Source: Octopus sinensis
Lineage: Eukaryota
DNA length: 64,000 nt
Direction: 5' to 3'
Assembly (NCBI RefSeq): GCF_006345805.1
Contig: NC_042998.1
Coordinates: forward strand, 113,274,001 to 113,338,000
Shown here one piece after another: positions 40,260-54,089 of this stretch (within the stretch, counting starts at the first letter, position 1; each line of letters opens with the position of its first letter). The translations under genes were made by a program, and so were the position numbers. The notes beneath the pieces were generated by a model. The model was not told the DNA's origin, ran no database searches, and was given only the letters and a program-made list of their open reading frames with translations.

Positions 40260-41300
40260 TAAGCACTCAGCTTAAATACTAAATGAGCATCTGCTTGGGG
40301 GTTTGAGGCATTCTCTAATTTTTTAAATACTAGATACGCACTTGAACAAGAAACCAAATTATACCTATTGAATATTTTCCTATACCTATAGTCCTGTGTA
40401 AAATGCTTATCCACTAATCTAAGGAATTCTCTTCCCAAGCATGCTTTCACATTGAACAAGAAAGGTGAGGAAAACCAAAGGACTTTACAATGGTGCTTTC
40501 TCTTGTGGATGTTAGGGCCAGGCATATAAATGATGCAGTCTTTAACCCGCTGGTTGCAATGAGTCTCATTGTAATAGGAGATAAGTTTGAAATCCTCTCT
40601 CTAACTCCTTTTGCAAGTTTCTTTAACACTGTAGGCAGATATTACAAAGCTGTGTTGATGATGTATGACAACTTTTCATTAGGTTTTCAGTGAGGCCTGT
40701 ATGAACTGGCACCCAAATTGAGTGCTATGTTTAAGAAGTTTATTATGGTAAGGCTGGCTTCAGGTCTTTTCTAACCCTGTTTAAAGTGTATCATTTGTGC
40801 CTCTCATGATGACTAGTGTCATCTCTATACAGGCCAAAACATACTGATGGGGATTTCTTACCTGAGGTGTCCAATATAAGTAGGCCTATGAGGCCACACA
40901 CATCTACACTATCAAATACTCCCATTGTCAGGGTTTTTCTGGCTTGATTTCCCAATTACTAATTTTGGTAAACTCCATTGCAAAAATTATACAATACTTT
41001 TGATATAGATGGATAAAAATTCAGTATATTGAATTGGGTTGACTTTACTTTAGCTCTAGCCTGGTTTGCCTTAAACTATGAAATTAACTTCATTGGTGCT
41101 GTGCTATAAGGAAAGACAAGATGTCATCCTTTATCTTGCTCAAAGATCTGTTTTAGTTGGTCAGTCAGGTGGCACTTGGGGTTTGGAAGTGAAATTCAGC
41201 TGTGATCCTTAATAGTCATAAAGGTATTCTTGTAACTAGGTTTTTAGTCTGTCTGCTGTAACCTAAATACTAGCTAAATGTTTGGCTTTGATCTTAATGC
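40260..41300 (-). mobile_element. Penelope-like element (PLE) RT remnant
   Basis: Minus-strand FMTIKDH, QFNILNFYPSIS, MGVFDSVDVCGLIG, GLYRDD (40818-40835) and LWFSSPF...FLRLVDKHF...KIFNR, in PLE order. Confidence 0.85.
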
Positions 41301-41796
41301 TGGATCATATTTGAACTGAGGTAGATGTTGCAACCTTTACTTGGAGAGGAGAATCATTCTAAAATAATTCACATGAACCGAGTACTTTCCTGAACTCAAA
41401 AAGAGAAATATTTGGATGTTGACAGCATGAAAGGAAATTTGCTTTGGCAATATTGCCAGTTTCATTTTTGAACTAGAGAATGACAGACTTTGCCTTTCAT
41501 CCTTTTTGGTTGATAAAATAAGTTGAGCACTGAGTCAAATCAATTGACTTAGCCTCTTGCTTGAACTTGCTGTCATTGTGCCAAAATTTGAAATCGATAT
41601 TTCCAAGTGCTGAAATATAAAATTGCTTGGGAATTAATTTGAAATTAATACCGCCATATGCAGTAGTGCATGTGTGAAACACTTTATGGACATTCTGACC
41701 AGTTATAAGCCATAGTCAGGAATAAGCTGCTTGACATAGATATATGCTCTCTTTTAGTGTGTACCTTTTCTTACTGGTGGACAACCAACAGATAAC

Positions 41797-41831
<35 letters not shown>

Positions 41832-42229
41832 ACATATTACATCTGTCTGTATTCAATCACGCTTACTATCATTCTTCTTTATTGCTAACCCTCACTCTCT
41901 GTCTCTCTGTCTTCCATCACCTTGTCTCTCTATCTCAGTCTCTCTTCTTCATTATGCTGAGTTGGCCAATTCAGACATGCAATTACTGGTTGTGCATAGA
42001 GACCTGGGATGTTTAATAAGTACACTCAAATATCCCTTGTTACCCTGTGCACTTAAGCAAAAGCAGAGTATTGTAATTACTCGTCTTAGTCTGTTTGTCT
42101 GTGTTTGCAAAATTACTGGAAAATGGTTGAATGGATTTCCACCACATTTGACAGAAATATTCATTGGGTGAGTGGCTCAAAATGATGAACATTTGGTCTG
42201 ATTATCTCTAAAAAAAATTAAAAAATCAA

Positions 42230-42860
42230 ATTTACAAATTTTCCAATAAGCAAGGGGTTATATTATTTTTGTTCACTCTCTTTTTTATATAAATTGACCC
42301 TCATCTGCGTGTGTATAGATCAAGGTGTAACTATGTGTGTAGACATGTGTGGGTACATACATACAAAAATACGTACATAGATATGCGACTGTGTGTGAGT
42401 GTATATGTGTGTGTGTGTGTGTGCTTGTGTATTATTAAAAGAAACCCTCAAATCTATCACTGTATACAGTGATGGATTTGAGGGTTTCTTTTAATAACGA
42501 CTTGATTTCTTAATTTCACTGGAGTATAAATACCTATAATAGTGATACTTAAGAATAAAAAAGAAAAGAATTTAAACCAAACTTACAAATTTCCCAATAA
42601 GCAAGTGATCATATTATTTTGCTCATTTTCTTTTTCATTTGATTCAACCCTCATCTATGTGTGTATAGATCATGGTGTACTTATGCACATAGACATGTGT
42701 GGGTATATACATACATACATACACACATACATAAATACATGCATAAATATGCAATTGTGTGTGTGTGTGTACACTGATGGAGTCAAGGGTCTCATTTATT
42801 TACGAGTTGATTTCTTAATTTCACTGGAGTATAAATACCTATAATGGTGATACTTAAAAA
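42230..42860. repeat. Diverged local tandem duplication (~310-350 bp, two copies)
   Basis: TTACAAATTTTCCAATAAGCAAG ... TTCACTGGAGTATAAATACCTATAAT occurs twice. Confidence 0.75.
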
Positions 42861-43740
42861 AAATAAAAAAATAATTCAGTTCAATTAAAAAGGATGGGTA
42901 AGCAAAGCATTGTAAGCCACAATATAATTTGTGAAAAAATTTACCTGCATGCAGGGTATACATTGCTTCTTCAATGCTTTTTTGTTTCTTTACTGCTGTT
43001 TATACTCAATCTTCTTAACAGTAAATCATCATGAAGCTGTCTATCACTCCCTCACTCTTTCCCTTCCAATATTCTCTCCCTCTTGTTCCTATCTCTCTGG
43101 ATTTCATATAATGCTCTTTCCTATCATCCTCTTGCATATAGTTATTCTGTTCAATCTCTTTACTTCTCTCTCTCTCTCTCTCTTTCTCATGAACTTACTC
43201 TTTATTCCATCACTGTCTTGCTCCTATTACCCTAGTTCTCTTCCATTATTTTTTGTACTGTTTGGTTCTGATTCTCTTGCCACCCAGTATACGGGGAAAG
43301 AAAGAAAGGAACAAATGAAAAAAAGCAATGCTACAAAGAGAGGATTCTCTTTAGTCTTGCCGGGGGGGGGGGGGACAAGATAACCTTCCTGGTGCCAATG
43401 AATGAATGATGGCAACATAGAGTAGAGACGAGTTTTCTTTAGTGCTATTGCTTGATAAAATGTACTGTGGACACCCGCTAAAGTTGTTGGTGAAAGGAAG
43501 ATAACCAGTCATACAAACTATGCCAAAAAGTGTCATGTTTAAGCAAGATATAGTCTCCAAACTGTTTGGGAGGGCAGTAACTCCAAATAAGATCTTAGAC
43601 TGTAATAATCTTCCTAGCCCTACTAGCATGGGAAAAGAACTTGAAATGATGATGATGATAATGATGATTTTATATAACTCTGGTGTGTGTGTTTGAGATA
43701 CTAAAGGACAGTACTAAGCATTATGATATTTATCTTTTAA

Positions 43741-43961
43741 CCCCTTCGTTACCAACCCGACTGAAACCGGCTCTGGCTCTGTAGTACAAATGTCTTGTTT
43801 TCATAACTTTTGAATTAAAATCTTCCCCCAAACCTTAGTCACAATTTATGTTCCCAACACTAGCTGAATGATAACTAAGTTATTTTACTAAATTCTTTGT
43901 TATATTTAAAGTAATTGAAAGAAACACAGAACATCTCAAAATAAATACAGTAATGAAAGGG
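43741..43961. mobile_element. TTAA-flanked MITE (piggyBac-like ends)
   Basis: TTAA|CCCCTTCGTTAC ... GTAATGAAAGGG|TTAA. Confidence 0.7.
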
Positions 43962-44953
43962 TTAAATCTTTCTTTACCCTATGTTTAAGGGATGAGTGGA
44001 GTTGGTTCAATAAAATGAGTACCTGTTATTATTGCTCAGTCTTGTCTGAGCAGACTAACCTATGGTCAAAGATGTGGCAGTGATAATTTTCCTGTTTTTC
44101 CTTTTTTTTTTTAGTTCAAGACCTGTCAAGCCAAGTGAGATTGTAGTTGTGATTGATGCCGTTCTTTTGTAACTGGAACTTGTGCCAGTGGCGTGTAAAA
44201 AGCACCCACTACACTCTTGGAATGATTGGCATTAAGTAGGGCATCCAGCCATAGAAACCATGCCAAATCAGATCGGAGTCTGGTGCAGCTCCTCACCTTA
44301 CCTGTTTTCAGTCAAACCATCCAAACCATGCCAACATGGAAAACGGACGTTAAATGATGATGATGGTGATGATGTCTTTCTTTCTCGTACAAAAAAAAAA
44401 AAAAAAAGAAAGAAAAGAAGAAAGGGATGTGATTTAGTTGGTACTAGTATTAAACTCTGCTAGATGCAAACAACTATATATCCACCTCTTCTACAAAATC
44501 TAGCTGTTCGTTTCACTTGCAAAGGTTCATGTTCTGCTTGTGACTGAATTATTGTAGCTCTGTACTTGACTATGAAACGCCAAAAATATTAAACAAAATT
44601 TTTCTCTGGCTATTACTATATCATTGTATTATTAATTACGTCAGCTAGAATCAGTATGGAGTCAATATGTCAACTACTGTCCACTTAATGTTGGTAGTAA
44701 ATTTCCATACCGTATTCAACGTTAAGCTGACTATTGCCAACATTTGTCTTCTGCTAAAAACACGCCACATGTTTACCTTTGTATGTTACCAATACGTGGA
44801 GTGTTTGTTACTCCCGTGTTTCTAATACATGGCATAGTTTTTTTTTGTTTTCCTGGTTTAGTTTCAAATTTAAATCAAATAACAGAAATTAAAATACAAA
44901 TAAATGAAAAATTAATCGATAGTCGGTAGTAGGATTTCTGAGGTTTTAAATTG

Positions 44954-45028
44954 ACGGAAGTGGTAAGATCCACGCGTGAAATTCGCGCCAAATTTCTTCC
45001 TTCGCATCGGCTGGCTTCCAAGATGGCA
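44954..45028 (+). promoter_or_regulatory. Putative IPO9 core promoter / 5'UTR motif cluster
   Basis: ETS-like ACGGAAGTG (44954), E2F-like TTCGCGCCAAA (44982-44992) and YY1-like CAAGATGGC over the start codon; locally CpG-enriched. Confidence 0.45.
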
Positions 45029-45155
45029 GGTGATGGTGATCGTAACAAGTCCCTGAAAGAAGCTTTAATTGACAGTCTCACTGCTATTCTGTCTCCTCTA
45101 CACGACGTTCGAGTGAATGGAGAGGAACAGATCAAAGCCCTTGAGGTGACAGAAG
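45023..45155 (+). CDS. IPO9: Importin-9, coding exon 1
   Basis: [44 protein letters not shown] resembles the IPO9 N-terminus. ATG in aagATGG context, GT donor at 45156, phase 1. Confidence 0.92.
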
Positions 45156-48100
45156 GTGCATGTCAATTTTTTAATTTTATTTCTCTCCCTTTCTTTTGTT
45201 AAACAAAACACGATACAATATATACGTAACTCATCTCGCATTTCTTTCACTACATCTCGACTTATTATATTCAATTAGAGAAAAGTTTTGACTGTCATTT
45301 CATACACTTTATATTTAGTTCTGTGTTCATAATTGAAAATTATGACGATGTTTATCCTTAAATTCATATACAACCGTTGCGTCTTTGTAAACCTTTTTTG
45401 TTATCTGAATTATCTAACAACGAAGTAAACGATGATCTTAGTAAAAATATCAGCTAAAAAGAAAAATAATTTTAATATATTTTATTACATTATATGATTT
45501 TTTTCAAGTGTTTCACAGCCATCAGTTTTAATTTTTTTCCCCAACCAGACATATCTTTTAACGAGGTATGTCATGGTAAAAAAGAAACGTAAATTCAGTG
45601 AAATTGTTCATAAAACACGGTATTAGCAGATATATACTTTTGTCTCTTCCATTCATGTCTAACTTTTGAAGTTACTTCTTAATAGTTCAAAGTTTCATAA
45701 AGTTGGTGGAGATAGATTCTTAAAATATATCTTATCTTACCGAAATGAAAAATATAATTAAGCAAACCTCTGAAGAATCTATATTGAGACATTAAAAGAA
45801 ATATTTCTTGTCACCCGGCATAATTTATATTCCGAATTTCTTATTGAGTGACAAATATGAAACTTTTCGTTTAAAATGTTTTTCTTAATTTTTTCCATTT
45901 ATTCTGCTAAATTGAGTAGATTTTCTTCATTTATTTAATGGTATCTCTGTTAGTTTGGTTTTTCGCGGTTTTTTAAAATGTGTCTAATTACTGTCTGCTC
46001 CCTTACTGACATGTGATGTAGGTTTTGCCACGCCTCCCCAGCTGTAACGCACATGTTGATTCAGGGATGGGGGTCTAGATATGGATGCTGTTTATCCCCA
46101 GGTCATCCCTTATTGAGTATACCTCTTATTCAAGTCATTTCAATTATGACCGTCTCGCTTTTTTTTTTATATCTCGGGCATATTGCTTTTTGGGATTACT
46201 TTGTGCTATGTATTTTATTCTTTAAGATAGCCTGATAGGAAGGAAATTTGGTTGTTTCTATGTTCTACATAGTGGTTACCTCGTTGGCTCGTCTGTTATC
46301 GGATGGCAGAAACGATAGAGTGCAGACTGAATGAATATTTTATAGTACTTGTATCTTTTACTGCTCCGAGTTCGAATTTGTCATTCATCTCTTTGGGAGG
46401 AGGGGTGATAAAATATACATCAGTCAGTTACTTGGGGCGATTTATTCAAATTTCTCCTTCCCAAATATGTCAAATCATTTTGGATTGACAGAATTACTAG
46501 ACATCGATAAAAAATACTTTGCGATATTTAGTTACGTCCCTTTTCGATTCGAGTTCAATTCCTTTCAGAGTCAACTCTGCCATTCGTTTTTCTGTGGGTC
46601 GATTTCATCAGCTGTCCTGTTCAAAATGTTTGGCCTTGTGACTACATAATAAACTGAAGTCGCTTAGTGTTCGCTCGACCTGCTAGAAATGAGTCAAGTC
46701 TCTTTGAAGTCCAACCTCGCCTCTTAAACACATTACGTAATATCGGACATACCTCTAAAAAAGATAGGGTGGTCATTGGTGGAATGCCTCTGTTCAGTTA
46801 GTGTTGTTACTTGGCCAGTGAATTGACAGATTTGTTTGAGCAGTTAGAAAAATTGCGTTGCAGCCCCTTACCTTCTAAGTTCAAATTCCACCGAGGTCAA
46901 CTTTCGCTTTCATTCTTTTGGAGTCGATAAAATATTGTACCAGTCTAGCACTGAAGTCAATGAAATCAACTAAACCTCTTCCTTCAAAACTGATGGCCTT
47001 GTGCCCAAATTAGAAACATTTGTGGGGTCAATATTATCAACTCTACTCCATCCCCTCCTAATGTATGTCCTTGTTTCGTATGTTGTGATCCCTTAATGGT
47101 TTAGCACTGTGTTTCACTATTTTAATTGTCTGTTCTTTATTCTGTTGTCTCGAAATATGTCTCGTTTAAAAATTCAAAATCTGTTGCAGAATGACTGTTG
47201 TACAATTTGTCATTCGAAATAACTACCTGAATCAATAAATAACCAAAAGCATCTATAACAGTTTGTCTTTTTATACCATCTTACATTTTGCTTAAAATAA
47301 CTGTAATTTTATTTTACTCTGTATTTACTTATATATAAATGCAGTACATATATAAATTTATTCGTTTTTGCAATGGCATTCTCACAAATCAAATATATAT
47401 ATATCAAACGCAGACGTCTGTACATGAGCCAATGATAGAGCCTTTGTGGAGGTGCCCAAACTGCAGTAATCAGCAGCCAGATTTTCCTGAAATTGCACTC
47501 TATCATCTTAAGAAAAAGTCCTGTTTAATGTCTGTTTTCCATGCTGGCATGGCTTGGATGACTTGACTGAAACTGGCAAGGCTTGGATGACTTGACTGAA
47601 ACTGGCAAGGTCGGGGGCTGCACCAGGTTCCATAGTTAGTTTTGGTGTGGTTTCTACAGCTGGATACTCCTCCTAATGCCAACCTTTTACAGTGTACTGG
47701 GTGCTTTTTATGTGGCACCAGCTTATACACCAATGCTTTTTACATGGCACCATGGTTTTAAGCTCTCAATTCTGTTATGGTGGGCAGGTCTTCTTGAGTA
47801 CAGCAATGCTCCACATATGTTGGTCCTCTGTCATCACCATCATAAGGCTCAGCATTTTGAGATCATTTGTTCCATTTTGAAAACATACCTCTAAAAAAGA
47901 CAGGGTGGTCATTGAGATCATATAGCTATTCCATCAACACTGGGTGCTAAAACTGACATGGTATGTGGTTCGTAATTAGTTATTACTATGTATTCTGAAG
48001 CCTGAGATATACAATGTTATGCTCACTCAGCACAACTTAAATACCAGTCAAACTTAAATGAATAACTAGTTACACTTGTTTAACCAAACCAGCAGATAGT

Positions 48101-48500
48101 CAGATGCCCCAGCTGTACCCCTCATACATTTTTTCTGACAATATATTTAGGATTACATAATTTAATATTGTCCTTACCATTTGAAAGAGAATTGGCTGCT
48201 ATTGTGTCGGTCAAGAAGTTGTTGTATGGCACACAGCATTGTGAGCTAGTTGTTTTTAACTCGAGGGCAAACCTATGACTGCAACCTTCTGATATAATGT
48301 ATGTGTGACTACATTATCCCCTTTTTTTTTTTCAAGTGTGATTGAAGGAGATTTAGCTACAATAAATGAACAAGCTTTCATCCTCAGAATAAATGAGGTT
48401 GTTGATAGTATAGCTCTGGATACACAGGCTATGAGAAAATCTTATCACCATTGAATTATTCTTTATTAGGATTTTTTTTTTTTTTTGGTTTTGTTTTCAG

Positions 48501-48649
48501 AGTTTGGAGTCTATCTGGCTGAGTTGACTGTGGATCCAAATGGAGCTTTAGCTATCCGGCAATTGGCCTCTGTCTTACTGAAGCAGTATGTGGAAGCTCA
48601 TTGGTCAAGTCAGTCCAGTAAATTCCGTGCCCCAGAAACCTCTGAGAAG
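48501..48649 (+). CDS. IPO9: IPO9 coding exon 2 (IBN_N domain)
   Basis: [35 protein letters not shown]...RAPETSEK. ttttcAG acceptor, GTAATT donor; 149 nt. Confidence 0.96.
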
Positions 48650-50764
48650 GTAATTTCTAATTATCTATTTTCTGTCGATAAGAATAAGTTAAACTTTTTT
48701 TTATATCAAGCCATCTTTGGTCTTATATTACAAAACAGTTGGTTTCATAGTTTAAATTGTTCATATGTAAATGAAAATTTCTCATCCAAGCCTATGCATG
48801 CATATGCATTTTGCTGCCATTTCATAATCAAAATATGTGCAAGCATAGCTGTATAATCTAGAGGTTCAGTTCCTAATCATGTGGTTTTGTGTTGAGTCCT
48901 CTGTGGCACCTTGGGCAAGTGTCATCTTCTCTAGCCTCTGGCCTACCAAAGTAGACAAAAAACTGAAAAAAAGACCTGCGTGTGTGAACATTGCTTCATA
49001 GATGTAAATGAGGTTGTCCTCATAGAAGCAGGGTCATTTGCTCACAAGCTTCCTTGAAAATATCTGGCCATGAAGAAAATTCTTACATTGAAATAGGTGA
49101 GGATTGGTGACAGGAAGGGCATCCAGCCATAGAAAATTTGCATCACCAAATTCTATCTAACCTATGGAAGCATGGAATGATAGCTGTTAGAATGATGTTG
49201 ACAAAGGGTTAATTACCTAAAATCTGTTTTATACCATTAAAAATATGTACACAAAAGGGTCAGAAGGAATATATGCACTTCTGATATATTAGCTGGATGC
49301 TATGAATTCTCAGACCAGTTGTTCTTTTGTAGCTGCTTTGCTGTCCAAGCTGCTAACCGTCAACTAATACAAATCTGTTCTGTATTTTGAACAAGGGAGA
49401 CAGGTTTAATCATCTTTGGAAATTTGAATACCTGTGGTAAGATTTGAACTGATGAAAATAAGGTTGATGGCTTATCACCTTAATTTCATTGTCTTTATAT
49501 CTCTTATAACCAAGCAAATTATATTTCATGTTGAGCATTACTCTAAAATTTAGTTTGTGTTAAATCTCTTTTGAAAAATATTTAAAGATGAGCTTCTTTG
49601 TTATTACAATCCATATTCCTTGTCAAAGCATGTTGGAGGTAGCGCTTGTCTTCATTGAGATGTCCAAATATAGGTTATTAAGATCTGTAAGATATGGAGA
49701 AAGAATGTACATATTGAAGTCAGTGCGTGTCTGTGATCTTAGTAAAGTTTGAAACCAGATAATTTTCTAAATGTGATAAATTTACTCAGTAAATAGATAA
49801 GACTTCTGATGGTAGGTTTGTACTGCAGTACACAATAAAGTGAGAAGAAATTTCCATACCAAAGGATTAGATTGGATTATCTAATCTTATTTCTCCTGGA
49901 ATAGACCCTGAAATATAAACTATGGTATAAGTTCAAATTTTTCCATGTTCCTGATCATGGATGATAAGTTAGGTGTACCTCTGTCTGTTATATACACAGA
50001 TCATCTTTGTGGTTCTTGCTTCAGATATAAGTAATTTTTTCCTCTTCTTGAAATGTTGATTTTAAAAAAAGATGGTTTACCAGTGCATCTGCTCCTAATT
50101 CCTGAACAGGCTCCCTTGTTAACTTAGTGAATGTTATCATTTACTGCAGCACGGCAAAATAAAGCACTGATAATCATCCCAATTTTTCATCTGATCTCTA
50201 TTGTATTATTACTTCAGTTGATCTTGCAAATATCTGGAAAAGCCTGTACATCGGCAGTAGTAAATTTAGTGACCAGCCAATGCCATAATTGAAAAAAGAG
50301 GTCCACTGTATATTTCACATCATGCATCTATATATAATGTTGATACTTGGCATAAGAAAAGATGTTAGCATTCAAAGCAGCCATCTCATGCTCATATAAT
50401 GTTTTGTTTACATTGGCCAGCCAATTCCAACCTCTAATACCTACCTTACAATGTCATCCTTAAAATAATCACATCATTCAAATCATAAAGCTATGAGATA
50501 ATGCATAATTATTTCAAAATGATGTGAACAAATAAGCATTACATTTGACAGTGTAATCAATGAGCTAAAGGTTCAAGGTGTATACCTCTCTGTTTTGATC
50601 GTTGTTATTTTTTTTACTCCTGTTGTACATTGACTGACATGTGTTATATTTTTAATGTCTGAATATATCTGAATACGGTTGAGCCTTCCATTTGCTCTGG
50701 GGTAATACATAGTAATGTACAAATGTAGTATCATTTATATTTGACATGTTCCTTTATTTTGCAG

Positions 50765-50966
50765 GCAAAGGCTGCCATTAGAGAGATCCTACCTGCCGGA
50801 TTGAAAGAATCCATTAGTAAAGTTCGAACCAGTGTTGCCTATGCAGTGTCTGCCATCACCCACTGGGACTGGCCTGAGACCTGGCCAGAACTGTTCAGTC
50901 TTTTAATGGAAGCTCTTACATGTGGTGATCCCAATGCCCTTCATGGTGCCATGCGTGTTCTGACAG
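50765..50966 (+). CDS. IPO9: IPO9 coding exon 3
   Basis: [44 protein letters not shown]...HGAMRVLT. 202 nt, AG/GT flanks. Confidence 0.97.
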
Positions 50967-51999
50967 GTAAAAATAACCATTCATTTGCTTTCCTCTTTTT
51001 TTATTTATATAGACTTTCCATGCTTGGGAGAAAATCAAAACATTCTTCTTGTAAAATGACACGAGTATCTTTTAACATAATTCTCAGGCAGAATCAGCTT
51101 CTATACAATTTCCATTTGCCCAAGTTCATTCACAAGGTATGGGTTGACCCAAAGCTATAAAAAGACATTTGCCCAGGATGCCATGCAATTGGATTGAACT
51201 CCAGACACTGTAGTTGTGAACTGAAATTGTTAACCATGCACATGCATGCATAAATTCATTGTGATCATAAAACATTTTAAACTTTAACAGCCAATATTTA
51301 ATGTGATGTAACACATAAAATGTAACTTAGGATCTTGTCATCTTTATGAATGCCTAAAAGCAAGGAACTGGGATTAGCAGTAGTGCTCATTTTCAAATGA
51401 TGTATTTCATGTATTGAGCCTGTTTCGTCTCTGCACACCCAGGCACACGTGTTTGTGTAGATATATAGATGTGATGTGAAACTGAGGCTTCATTCCATTG
51501 CTAATCTTAAAGACTGCTGCTGTGATCCCTGGTGTTTATTAGTAATCACTCTGTGTAAAATTGACAACCATTATTGTCAGTGACTGTAGATTGCTAACCA
51601 AATGTAAGTTGCAGACACGACATACACAAGGTGGCCAGTTTTCTGTTACCATGATGCCTAATATGGAAGGACCACAATGAGTGGCAAGATACTGTGAAAC
51701 CCATCAACCAAAGCTGCACTTTCAAAGACCTGCAAAATAAAAAAAAGTTGATGACAAGCATTCGGCTATTAAATCATGCTTCAAATATGCCTCTTTTCAA
51801 CAGTATTTCCCAAATGAATTCGTCCCTTTGATATCAAGGCCAATTTAGGTTTTAAATATTGAAAAATTAGGCTGCTGTAAGTTTAAACAAACATACAAAA
51901 TAGTATCTTAGCACGAGAATAGTGAAAATATACTAAAAACTAAAATGATTTAAATTTATTTTAAAACTCTTGTAATCTTAAATGTTTCACAAATCCTTC

Positions 52000-52950
52000 A
52001 TATTCAATGCTTGTAGGATGAAAAATGTTTGTCGATCATATCTTGCACAATTTACAGCAGATATTGAATCCATTACAAAGTACATTGCTGTTTTTTAAAA
52101 TATTCATTCTATGAATTGTCATGGGCAAATTTTCTGGTCTGTTGTTGAGATCATTTTTATGACTGTAGATACTGCTTCACAAAAGATTTCAATTTACTGA
52201 ACATTTCCTCTTTGGAATTAAACAATGGAGAATAAGAAAATAGATATTTAATCATATGTTGTGGCACAAAATCAATTTCATTGACGCTTTTATGCATGCA
52301 CGCATTGTCCATAATAAATGACAGGATCTGATGTAGTCACAGCGATCTTTAGCGAACATTGATGTAAAAAGCTGTAAAGTTCAGAAGTTGCGATCTTCTT
52401 AAATGTTTCAAATTAGACAGGACCTTACATATCCATTGCAGCAATGTTTAAATTTGCTCCTTTAGTAGAAGGGCGATCGGTAATTGCCTGAACTCCATGG
52501 TAAGCTCTGCCCATTGACCTTCAAAATAAAATAGATTGTAAAAATATTTCATAAACAAAAATTTTATATAAAAGTATTTAGCCAATATAATAATCATTTA
52601 CCTTGAAATCCAAATATTGTAATTTGTTTCAATATATAGATGACGAATGGCCAATCCATTATCTTAAAGCAATTTTGCATAATGACCTCACTCCTTTTTT
52701 GTGTTTTCATGATTTCATTCTTGAGGGTGAATTATTAGTTTTTTTCAGAGTGTATCCAAAGCCGTGAAAATGGTGATCAGTAGTTGATAATGAAACAGTC
52801 AAATCGAATTTCTCTTGTAAAAATTCTCTTCTTTTCAAAGTTAAAGTTGGGTCCTCATTAATCGATTCTTATAAAAATTGTTGATTTTCCTTGATTTTTC
52901 ACCATCGTTGCCCATGTTTTTTTTTTCTTTGGAGAATAAGCTTTCTGCGC
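52000..52950 (-). mobile_element. Degenerate IS630/Tc1-mariner DDE transposase remnant
   Basis: Minus-strand IYIETNYNIW, GRAYHG...KGANLNIAA, FIMDNACMHK and YSPLFNSKEEMFSKLK motifs; boundaries approximate. Confidence 0.7.
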
Positions 52951-53790
52951 AATTGTCTTGACTGTGCTGTAGTTAGTATCAAGGGAACAGGACAACCATT
53001 TCAAATTTTTGCTGTTTCTGCTCAGATACGTACTTGTATGTCTTGTTTGGCATGTTAAAAATGTTTAAACAAATCAGACTTTAATATAAAGGGACAAATT
53101 CAATTGGGAAATACTGTTTGGAAAATGGGCATTAAACAAAGGAATATATATATTACTGATTTAATCATTTTCTCCCTTCCTTGTTTTCATGGGTTTCTGA
53201 ATTTTTACATTTCATTATCCAGCTTTGTTATATGTCTGTTTCAGTTTCGTATATCTTGTCCAACTTTTCTCTATTTTTCATTTTGTAAATAAATATTGTT
53301 GGTTACTGAGTTCTAATGAGCCAATCACTGTTTCGTTAATTTTACAATTGTAAAAGTCACAATGATATATCTGTGCAATTTATGCAGAAATATTACTACA
53401 AGGTATTTTTGTTCAAATGCACTGGTTTATTGGATTTTTTTTTTCACCTGTGTGTGTATGTAACATCTGGTGTAGTGCCACCTTCCCTTCTACAACAATC
53501 CCACTCAACTGAGGGAGCTGTTGCTTTTTTTCTTTATCTTGTAAGTTACTTGTGACCTCACTAGTGCCAGTATTATAAAAAAATGCACCCAGTACATACT
53601 GTAAAGTGGTTGGTGTTATGAAGGGCATCCAGCCAAAGAAGCCATGCCAAAGCAGATATTGGAATTTGATGTCTTTTGGCTTGTATCCAGTTAAACCATC
53701 CAACTCAAGCCTATATGGAAGACCTGTTAAATATATATATAATTTAATGTTGGGCTTCCACACAGTTTCTGTCTACTACATTGCTCTCAT

Positions 53791-54089
53791 GTGGAGGCGC
53801 AATGGCCCAGTGGTTAGGGCAGCGGACTCGCGGTCATAGGATCGCGGTTTTCACTCCCAGACTGGGTGTTGTAAGTGTTTATTGAGCGAAAACACCTAAA
53901 AGCTCCACGAGGCTCCAGCAGGAGGTGGTGATCCCTGCTGTACTCTTTCACCATTCTTTCTCCCACTCTTTCTTCTATTGGCCTGCTCGCTTAGCCAGCG
54001 GGGTGGCGTCATTCGAAGGCTAAAACAATGCGGACGCATTGTGACCAGCGATGTGTAACTACATCTGATGGACTGGTCGGTCACGTGAT
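53791..54089 (+). mobile_element. tRNA-derived SINE nested in another SINE
   Basis: A box TGGCCCAGTGG and a degenerate B box. It interrupts a minus-strand SINE (53750-53780 resumes near 54095). Confidence 0.7.

Noticed and set aside
42931-43383. 150 aa hydrophobic ORF and similar low-complexity ORFs
   Set aside because: Pyrimidine-rich or microsatellite sequence with no recognisable domain or splice context.
22276-45022. Shared bidirectional promoter for RPN1 and IPO9
   Set aside because: The start codons are ~22.7 kb apart and separated by repeats, and each gene has its own CpG-enriched upstream region.
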